This document shows positions 38,293-48,900 of a stretch of DNA of 64,000 nucleotides, one piece after another. The notes below the pieces were generated by a model. The model had not been told where the DNA came from, did no database searches, and was given only the letters and a program-made list of their open reading frames with translations. The stretch spans positions 19,260,784 through 19,324,783 of the forward strand of contig CM121341.1 of assembly GCA_051530055.1 (NCBI GenBank), written 5' to 3'. Both the position numbers and the translations under genes were made by a program. Origin of the DNA: Neoechinorhynchus agilis. Its lineage: Eukaryota > Animalia > Acanthocephala. Each line of letters begins with the position of its first letter. The stretch's first letter is position 1.

Positions 38293-40845
38293 CGTTCTCA
38301 GTTCGGATGGGAGAATCCGCTGAACTTAAGCATATCAATAAGCGGAAGAAAAGAAACCAACAGGGATTCCCATAGTACTGGCGAATGAACAGGGAATAGT
38401 TCATAACTGAATCGCGCTGACTTGTCAGCTGCGAATTGTGGTGTACGATCAGTTTGTGGGTTCAGTTGCGTGGTAATAAGTCCAGGTTGAATACGGCTTT
38501 GGCCGAAGAGTGTGATAGTCCCGTATTTGCTACGCCTTGACTACTGTTCCCTAGAACTGATTTGTGAGTCGAATTGTTTGAGATTGCAATTCAAATATGT
38601 GTGGTAAACTCCATACAAAACTAAATATGACGGCGGTGCCGATAGCGAAGAATTACCGTGAGGGAAAGTTGAAAAGGACTTTGAAAAGAGAGTTAAATAG
38701 TACGTGAAACTGCACATTGAAAAGCAAATGGGTACGCATAAGGTTCGGTCTTGGCAATTCAGATGTGTTATCTGCTGGTACATACACATACTCGTGTATG
38801 TGTACTGCAGCGTACATCGCAATTTGTTGGCTGACGCTCTGCATGACTTTGCCTCTGCCGCAGACGCGTTGAACTTCACCTATTGACTTTGTCGATATTG
38901 GTGAATTGACATTGGATGAGTTCGCAAGAGCACATATCTCTGTGGTGGTCAAATTGCCTTTGCAGGCAACGGTCGGTTGAGGTTGAGTTTTTAAACTAAA
39001 ATTGAGCATTCCAATGACGTAATCGCCAGCATCGTTGGATTCTTTCGGTGTTGTTTCACTCACTGTTAGGCTTGTTCGTCGATGTTGATTGCGGATTCAG
39101 TCGGATGTTCGAGAAGATAATGCGGGTAAAACGGCGGCATCATTTGAACCGTCTTGAAACACGGGCTAAGGAGTTCAACAAATGCGCGAGTTATCCAGAT
39201 CAATAAAGCTGGATAGCATAGTTAACGCGAGTTTGTTAATGATTGTGATAACCAGCTGAGGTTATTGGCCGTTAGCCGGGTCATCACCTATGATGGATGG
39301 CACATGCAAGGTACTGTTGGTTGTTGTTCGCAATTGAGCGTACATGTTGAGACCCGAAAGATGGTGAACTATGCCTGAGTAGGATGAAGCCGGAGGAAAC
39401 TCTGGTGGAGGTCCGTAGCGTTTTTGACGTGCAAATCAATCGTCAGATTTTGGTATAGGGGCGAAAGACTAATCGAACCATCTAGTAGCTGGTTCCCTTC
39501 GAAGTTTCCCCCAGGAAAGCTGGTGTTGCATAAGACAGTTTTATCTGGTAAAGCGAATGATTAGAGGCATTGGGGACGAATTGTCCTCGACCTATTCTCA
39601 AACTTTAAATGGGTAATAAGCTCGGTCACTTCTTCACAGTTGCTTATGCTGCTGCTGAGTGTCGGGTGTAAATGCGATGGCACCAAGTGGGCCATTTTTG
39701 GTAAGCAGAACTGGCGATGTGGGATGAACCAAACGTTGAGCTAGGGTGCCAAAAACGCCTCTCATGAGATACCATGAAAGGTGTCAGTCGATATTGACAG
39801 CAGGACGGTGGCCGCAGAAGTAGGAATCCGCTAAGGAGTGTGTAAAAACTCACCTGCCGAATCGACTGGCCCTGAAAATGGATGGCGCTGGAGACGTATA
39901 TCCATGCTTGACCGTCGATGCCAGACACAAATGTACAAATGGCTTGACGTATAGAAGGGCGTATGCGGTGGTGTTGAAACTTGCACCGTGAGGTGGAGTG
40001 AAGCCGCCGCTAGTGCAGATCTTGGTGGTAGTAGCAAGTATTCAAATGAGAGCATTGAAGACTGAAGTGGAGAAAGGTTCCATGTGAACAACATTTGGAC
40101 ATGGATCAGCCGATCCTAAGAAAACGTGCAAATTCGTGATTAAGCGTGTTGCATTGCGCAATACAATCGAAAGGGAATCGGGTTAATATTCCCGAGCCAG
40201 GATGCGGTTTATGCTTGATCTATTCAGATGTTCTTCTTGGGCAGATGGTGTTCAGCATAAGTGGTGACACGAGCAATCCCAGAGAATAACTATACGAAGT
40301 CTGGGGAAGAGTTTTCTCTTCTTTGTTAGGAACTTTATCCCTGGAATTAGATCGTCTGTTGATAGGGTACACGTTCCGTAATGCAGCGCGATTCCTGCGA
40401 TGTACCGAGCGCTTCGTATTGTCCTTGAAAATCTGGGTGCGAGAATATTCAGACCGTACCTGTTCGTACTGATTTCCGCAGCAGGTCTCCAAGGTGAGTA
40501 GCCTCTAGTCGATAGGGAAACGTAGGCAAGGGAAGTCGGCACATTAGATCCGTAACTTCGGAAAAAGGATTGGCTCTACAAGCTGAGCTGGCCGGGCTGT
40601 CGCGAGAAGCGGTATGTTGTCGACTCTTGGATCTGTCTCAGTTATTTGCTCTTGCGAAAGAGTCGATTTCGAGGACGGAACTTGGTGCTGCGTACTGTGG
40701 GCAGCGATAGCTATGCTCCGCGTTTGTTCGACGTATCCAGACGGGTACGCTCGCTTCTTGCGCGGGGATCCGATCAGCGTTAAACAGCTGGCCTAGAACT
40801 GGTATGGACAAGGGGAATCCAACTGTTTAATTAAAACAAAGCATT
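38293..40845 (+). rRNA. 28S: 5' portion of 28S rRNA, cut off by the retrotransposon
   Basis: CCGCTGAACTTAAGCATATCAATAAGCGG, CCGTCTTGAAACACGG, GACCCGAAAGATGGTGAAC, GTAACTTCGGAAAAAGGATTGGCTCT; ends at GGGGAATCCAACTGTTTAATTAAAACAAAGCATT. Confidence 0.97.
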
Positions 40846-43800
40846 TGTCAGTCGTACTCAAAATCAAAGGACTTTTAGTTCTATCACAACAAAAACTTTC
40901 AAAGATCAATAATCTTGAATATTTTCTTACCATCAGGTTTGTGAGCTATAATTCGCAGCTGGTATCAGGTCGGATCAATTCGTCAAGGTCTGGGCTCTAA
41001 TTATTGCGGCGTTCGCTTGAGCACTACCTTTTAATCAGCCTCCCATACTCGCTCTTGAAAACAAGGAGTTATTTAAACTCTAAGTCGCGATTTGGGGTTT
41101 TTAATACCGCTGATTTCTTTTAAACCGACCTCTGTACGTTTCTGTGCAAGAAGTTCTCGAGACGCAGTTTTTTGCAACTGTCTGCCGCGTCAAGTTTTAC
41201 GTCATTTAAAAAAAAAAATTTTTTTATCATTTTCAATTAACTTTGCAGTCTTTGTAAAGTGATTCCTATAGCGTGAGAGTGTTCATAGGTGCTTTGAAAG
41301 AATTTATTTATTTTAATAGTTTAAGTGTAGTATGAGCGCTTGCCCGAATCACACGAACTCTGACGGTAACATTGATTGCACACCAATTGACGTTGCTTAC
41401 CCACTTAATGCAGAGAAGCCGCTTGAGTGTCCACTTTGCCCGTTTCAGGCGATCGGTAGGACTAGGCATCAGGTTTTTAAAGAGCATTTGCTGGTTGTAC
41501 ATCAACGAGCACCTATATTGTGGAGCTGCCAAGTCTGCAGCAAGTTCACGCACGAAGTACCCGGGAGCGTGGGAACACACTTCGATGCGTTAAGAAGAAC
41601 CCTAATTTATTCAAGAATTTGATGCAAAACGAGACCGCTCAACAGGGTAGCATAGCGGTAAAGAACGAGGCAGTGATTACTTATGGGGGGAATTCGAGGC
41701 CTGCACCGTGCCCCGCATGTGGTGTCTGCATATCGGGTCTTGGCCAGTGGAACGCGCTAGAGGATCACCTGCGCACTGCCCATCTAGTCGAGCGCCTCTC
41801 GTATATGTGCGGGGGATGCGGGGTAGAGGCCTCCGAAACGATGCTCTCTGCCAGATCGCACTTGACACAGTGCTTGAAACGGGCTCACGGCGAGATGTGT
41901 GCTTCGCCCAAGGTGGCGATTCTCGACGGAGCAGCTTTAGTCCATGATTTGGCGTCGAGGGAAAGACCAGCTCCTTCTTGCGCAGAGCCTAAGTACCGCC
42001 AGATGCAAAGCGCCGACCTAGGCTCGGCAACGCAATCATCCGGCAACTCTCCGGGTTGCCCGAACACGCCCGCCGATCAGTTCAATGTCTGCGCATCGAG
42101 CTCCCGAGCAGAAGTACCTTACGGACGGACCGTATCGTCAGGTGGTTTCGACTGCGAGCTCCGCGATCATATGGGAAACGACTTCACATACGACGCGATT
42201 CTCCAGCACAGGATTTCAATGTCTGATGAATCGCCACATCTTCCGGATAGCTACCCAAAGGTACCAGAGATCACCGATCCGACTAGAGATGCTGCGCCCG
42301 GCTGTACCAGAGATGATGTAAGATTTTTCCTGCCGTCCGAAGCTGTCGAGTTCCTGCTAACCGCGGCGTCAGATCAGAACCTGAATCCGAGATATAGATC
42401 GTTTCTCATGTCCGAGGCCATGATCCTTCGGGACACCCCAGACTTTTCGGAAAGGGCTACAATCGAGGGGATGGCTGATAGATACGCGAAGTACTTGGGG
42501 ATGAATGTCGAAGATCGGGCTGAAATCGGGAACCTCAGTTCCGTCGCTAAGTCCAGGGGACTCCGGATAGTGAATCTCAGGAATGGTACGAATTTAGCTC
42601 TCAGGACCGTCGCGTTTTTCGTTTACAATAATCCTACACAATGGAACCGGGTCAAAGACAGGATACAAGAGGAATACGCAGCCAACAAGGTAGAGTACGA
42701 TTCGGCTGCTGGAATGGTCAACGACGTGTACTTACCTATCAGTTCAGTCATGGAGCACTTAAAAAACGGTCGCGTTTATTCAGACGAGTTGATTTATTAT
42801 ATATCTGCCCAAATATTCAAATGCGATTTCGTCATCCATCGTAACTCAAAGGACCCCCCAAAGCGTATTCAGTGCAATAAGGCATGCAATAGATCCTACA
42901 ACATTTGGCAGGACGACCGCGGGTCTTTTCCTTGTACCAGGCGTAGCGGACTCAGTCAAATGCAGAATCGGGAGATCGCAAAAAGAAGGAATAAAGCGCT
43001 ATATTTCAACAACACTACGCGATTGGCAAACGAAATCTTCAGGAACACAAAGTCCATTCGTTGCACCCTCGAACCCTCGCTCGTCGCGGACCACTTTAAA
43101 CAACTCTTCGGGGGCCGCGAATCCGACTCGTTGCGCCCGCGGGTTGGAGAACCAGCAATCCCGTTCCAACCAGTGTCAATCGAGGAAGTGCGAATGGCAA
43201 TGAGGGGAGTGAAGTCGTCGTCTGCGCCCGGTCCCGACCGAATCTCGCTTAGAGACATAAGTCGTTTCGACAATAAGCTGACGTTCGCGTGCGTCATGTT
43301 CAATGCGATAATGCAGTGTGGAGACTGCCCTCGCTCGTGGAACATCTGTAAAACAGTCCTCCTTCCCAAAAACAGCGCCCACGATGAATCCTTAAAAACT
43401 ATCGGAGGTTGGCGTCCTATCACTATGTCTTCGATCTTGCTGAGAGTGCTTCACAGGATCGTGTTGTCAAGGCTGCGTAACTCAACAAGTCTCTCCGAGG
43501 GTCAGACAGCTTTCGACTCAGCTGCATGCTTATCGAATTTGATGACGTTAAGAAACGTTATCCGTTATACAAGGTTAAACAAACGCCCACTTGCTCTTGC
43601 AGTTCTGGATATAAAGTCCGCGTTCGACGTGGTATGCCATGGTGCGGTTGTCAGCGGTCTGAGGAATCTGGGTTGCCCTCACTACATCGAGCGATACGTT
43701 GGTAACATGCTGAGGACCGGACAGACCTCGATTCACCTTCCGGCCAGTAAACCAATCGGTCCGATCAAAATCTCCAGAGGAGTAAAGCAGGGCGATCCAC

Positions 43801-45565
43801 TGTCACCGTTCCTATTCGCCGCCTGCGTCGATACACTAGTTGGCAAGCTCGGGCAGGACAACAGAGGCATAGACCTGGGAATAGGCAGGATATCGCATCT
43901 AATTTACGCTGACGACATGCTAATTATGGCAAACAACACAGAGCAACTGAACCATACGATAGGCCTCATAGTCGACCTCCTGGGCTCAATGGGACTGTCG
44001 TTGGGCGCGCAGAAATGCGCATCCTACACCCAATACTTCAGGAATGGCAAAATGGTGATCGAGCATCGCCCTAGTGTTAAGGTGGGAACGGATTCGATAA
44101 ACACCATACTAGACGGCGATCCAGTCAAGTACTTGGGCGGTACGCCATTCAGGGACACCGATCTTCCATCTATGAAGAGGGCCATCGACGGTCTCTTTAG
44201 TGCTACGAGACAAACCGGCCTCAGCCCTACTCAATCGGCACACTTAATAAATGACTTTGGCCTACCAAGCGTACTTTTTAGGCTCCAAGCGGCGCATGAT
44301 GTTTCATGGACGAGCCTAACATATTTAGAGCAGCACTGGAGAGTCCGCTTGAAGAGGCTACTTTTCCTACCTCACTATTTGAACGACGGGGCAGTGTTCC
44401 TTCCAATTTCTAGAGGGGGACTTGGATTCAGATCCATCCTGCTCTCTGTTATCGATTCGAGACGCATAGCCCTACGAGAGATGGCGAATCGTTCTAACGT
44501 GTTGAATAGGCTGGTAAGCGAATCTAACGACTATAAGAAGCTTGCGGAAGCATATAAGACCATGGATCTAGAAGGAGAGAACTTCCCCCCGTTTAAGGAC
44601 GCCTTCATTTCCAAATGGTTGAACCAATGGAGCGCGGCAACTACCCAATCAATGGGGAGTGCATGCTTCCGCGACGGAAATTTCGACCAAGGATCATTAA
44701 GTTTTCGATACCGGCAGGACCGTCATCAGTCTTATGTAGAAAACGTAAAACTTCGCTTCCAATTACTTGAGGTGGGAACCGTCTTAAACCGAATCGACAA
44801 GGAGAGAACCGTGGCCTGTCGACATTGCAGCTGCCCCCGTGAAACGCTCCTGCACGCCATTTGTGAGTGCGACAGAATAACAGGACCTATGATAAAAAGA
44901 CACGACGCGATCCAAAGGCGTTTTGTATGGGCCCTACGAAAGAAGCACGGCGAGCAACTCCAAATCTTTGATACCAACCGATATCACAGCAACGAAAACA
45001 AACTAATGAAGCCGGACTTAGTGATTTACGACAAAAGAAAGACCGAGGCAAAAATTATAGACTTAGCGGTTTATTACGAAACATCAAGCGACCGCGCAGA
45101 GCAGGTAATGAAGGCTAAGGAAGACAAGTACAAGACAATAATCCCGAAGGTTGCTGCCCAATTCCAAATACCGAACCACAGTGTAGCAACTCTCGGAATC
45201 GCGGTCGGTGCACGTGGAACTTACAGCCGAAGCCTAATTGATAGGCTAGGATCGGTTTGTCTGGGGAAAAACACTGCAAAGAATATGGCCCAAACCGCAG
45301 CATCAAAAAGCGTCATGGTGTATCACTCGTTCACGGGCAGGAAATGGCTGCCCCGGGAACGTCACATCTCGAGAGAATAACGTTGCTAGGAAGAGAAGCA
45401 GATACCAATACAACATTAACGGCCAAGCTATTCAACACAGCCAATATTACTCAAGTCTACTCAATCAGAATATTTCTGCAATCAAAGAAATCTAATTCCG
45501 TACATCCATTTGACTGACACCCGTGAAATAGTAACCTCTGTATACACATATTTACGCAATAAATG
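40846..45565 (+). mobile_element. R2-superfamily (RLE-type) non-LTR retrotransposon, apparently full length: ~490-nt 5' UTR, ORF, ~180-nt 3' UTR ending near AATAAA
   Basis: Abrupt junction with 28S; RT and RLE ORF; no 28S sequence after the 3' end. Confidence 0.9.
41332..45380 (+). CDS. Retrotransposon polyprotein: zinc fingers, OTU-like region, RT, CCHC knuckle, RLE; one frame change near 41582
   Basis: SSAPGPD, WRPITMSS, DIKSAFD, GVKQGDPLSPFLF, YADD, KYLG, GGLG, CRHC...ETLLHAICEC...RHD, KPDLVI, IIDLAV, KEDKY, VGARG. Confidence 0.93.
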
Positions 45566-45901
45566 AGTCTCAAACCTCTAAATAATAATTCGGTACCTTA
45601 CATATCGGAATTTTTTTAATTTATTGATGCTTTTGCGTTGATGGTTGGAGTATGCAATTCTTTCGCCTGTGTTATTATTTACATATAGACAAATTCTTGT
45701 TGGTGTATATTTTCAAGAGTGAAATTTTGGCCTACGATATGGATTGATTGGGTTTTTCGCGTGTTTATAAGTCTCAAACTTGGTGAATTTAGACTTCTAA
45801 TTATTTACAAATTTTGCTTCATAATCAATCACATTACCTATAATTGAGTGGTCCTCATTTTTTCACTACTCTTTTTCAGACGGGACAATTCAAATCTTTA
45901 T

Positions 45902-48900
45902 ATGGTCGTAAGTGCGAAAAACCGTCGTTTTAAGTTTCGCTCGTTAGCTCAGCGTCTATCCTCTATTACCGTGAAACCTCTGAGGGAAAATCGCGATGCT
46001 CCATCTTCTTTGTGTGAAAGTAGATTTTATACTCGACTACTTGAACTCGCCACCGTCGATCAAAGCCGTGAATTTAAACAATTTTTGAACCAACATCGAG
46101 ATGGCTATAACACTTTAAAGCAGGTTCTTAACAACGGTGCGAAACTAGTCGATGATATATTGGTTGCAATCAGTAATTTGAACAACTATCTTGCCGTACG
46201 CTCACTATGCTCACTTTTGAACGCACTGGTGATTGATATTCAACAGGAATTCGAGGTTGACGATTTTGAGCGAATGTTTACGCTATTCGCCAGTTTGATT
46301 GACCAGGAACACCAAAATGAACCCCTTGTTATTGAGACTTTGTTCAACTGCATGGCCGGTATATTTTCAGTCAGGAAAGATGTTACCGAAAAGGGCTGGA
46401 TTGAACGTGTGTTGGACGCGTTTATTTCAGCGTTTTGGAAACCGCGTCGACATTCCAGTACAATTCAAAGACTGTCATGTGAAGCGTTTGCAGTTTTGCT
46501 ACGAAAACATAAATACCCAGCAACCCTCGTGAAGAAGTTGAGAAGAAGACTGAGAAATGGAAAATGGAGCGCTATAATGGTATTTGAAATAATAAAGAAC
46601 GTTAACGGATCCATAAGAACAGCCCAGCCAAACTCGCTTAAATTAATCGATTTCGTTCTTGATACTTGTAGCTCATCGATGGCATCAGTGTTTATTTCTC
46701 TTTGTATTAATCACACAGTTACAAATGATCTGGCGTTACATTCGGTGATTGAGAGAATTACTTTATTTCTCAGTCAATGCAAGGAAAGAGGAGAAAGTGT
46801 TCTGAATGCTGTATCACAACTAAACCCACAATATCTCTCCAATCCTAAAATTCGAGGCCTTGTAGAGTCTTGTGTTTTTTACATTGAACGGAGTACACCT
46901 CAAACTAATAGTAGTACCATCGTTCAGTTCATCTCAATGTGTTTGATTAATAATGATTGGATTAAGCCATTTCACAGTCGGTTGATGGGATTCATTGGAC
47001 GCTTATGCGATGTTGGAAATCACGACCTTGCTATAGCAATCCTTCGAAAATTGTCATTTTCTAGTGATGAAATGTTCCGGAAAATCACCCATCTATTAAA
47101 TCGTTCAAGTTTTCAAGATCAATTGATCGATTGCGTTTCTGATCACGCTCTTCGAACATCGACCGCTTCTATGGTTCCATATTTAAATGCGGGCATGGAT
47201 TTGGGAAAATTACATAAGCCTATTGAAGTCAAATCAATCGACCATTGGTTTCAAATTGTTGCTTGTTTTCCGTTTGAAATCGAGCGCCCAGACTTTTCCA
47301 CGAATTCTGACTGGAAAGTGTTAGATCAGCTTGGAATCTTGCTGTTCATTGAAGCAAATTCCGAATGTAGTGTGAACGAATTCATTGCCCAACTTAGTGG
47401 TCCATTTAGACTTAAGGCACTTAAGCTCGCTAATGATAAGAATGAAGAAATTGATTTTAATAAGAACCGGGAACTTATACTGAAGCACGTTCAATCACCC
47501 TGTCATATGGATCGCTTGTTGTCATTGGAGCTCTTAAATATGTTCGAACCGAGTGTCGTGGTCGAGCGATGTTTACTTTGTGAAATGACTCCATGCGACC
47601 TACAGAATGATCGCAAAAAGCAGTCTTTTATCACAAATCTGCATAGCGAGTTTGTAAGAGATTATGACAAAGATGGAATAGCTATAAGATACCTTTTGGG
47701 TGCTCTGACTGAAAATTATACGAGATTGTGGGATCCAATAATCACGACTCTGCGAACATACAAATCGAACGAGCTACTTTGGTGTTTGATCTTCAACGAG
47801 CTTACCACTTTTGTATTTGAAGATTTTTATGTCAGCAGAGTGGGAAGTGGATTCGCCCATCGTGTGTTGGAGAATTTTGATATGACTAGATCTAATGGTC
47901 GTCGTGCTGACAAGGATTCGTATTTGTTTAATCTTTGGAAATTAATTGATGGAATTCTGGAAATATCCGAACAAAACATGCATAGAGTAATAACCATATC
48001 TTTAAAGTGGATCGAAGAAAACCGTGAATCAAATTTGATTCCTCTTCAGTTAGGTATTATTACAAGATTTCCGAAACGAACCTTGGTATGCTACCCGTTC
48101 ATCAATCCTTTAACTGATTTGATCAAGTCTCACAGTCATCAAATTTCTCTGTCGGCCTCTAAATTGTTGTTAACTCGAATACTATCTATTCACAAATCCA
48201 TTTCCGACATTTACCTGTCACTTTTCGAGCCGAATCTAAAATGGAATCTACAAAAGTTAACGCAGAACATGGACTTAAATCGTTTGCATGTGAAATCTCT
48301 TATTAACATTTTAATCGGCAGACTTAACAATCGTAATCAAAGACCTATCATTCGATGCTTAGTGAATCTCGGTGACCAGTTCGTGGAATATTTTATTGAT
48401 GCGACAATCGAAGATGAAAATACAAGTAGTGTCTGCGTTCCAATACTGCATCGCTCATTTAAGCTGCTTTCACATTTGATTGCCGAAATCAACAGTAATC
48501 GTTGTAGTAAAGAGTTGAGAACTCTGGTATTAGATAAAATTCTGTTATTGTCAGTCCCACTCAATGTACGTGCTGATCAATCTTCTCAAATCAAGCAACT
48601 TCAAAGAGTGTCTCTAAAATGTATAACGAGATTTGTCAACAAACTACCGCAGTATGTGTTTAAGGAGAAGCATTTAGATAATCTCTTGGAAATACTAAAT
48701 TGTAAATTCGCAAAGAAACTCCAAAAATGCCTCGTATCATTGCTCACTGCCATCAGTGAATCAATTAATTGCATGCGGGTTTTTAATATGAGGCTTGGTT
48801 GTCAAACGTGTCTCATTGATTTGGTATCCGACAGATTGGGTGAAAACGATAGATTAATTTGCTGCCTGCTTAATTACGTTCAAAACAATCCTGATATTAA

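Noticed and set aside
35592-40796. ORFs overlapping 18S, ITS, 5.8S and 28S
   Set aside because: They are incidental frames within rRNA genes.
40846-45522. 8-bp inverted match between the retroelement 5' end (TGTCAGTC) and 3' UTR (GACTGACA); possible HDV-like ribozyme in the 5' UTR
   Set aside because: The match is short and noticed post hoc, and I could not fold a convincing HDV pseudoknot by eye.
45848-45901. GTG-initiated N-terminal extension of UTP20 in the ORF track
   Set aside because: Homology starts at ATG 45902, and the extension contains a splice-acceptor-like TTTTCAG.
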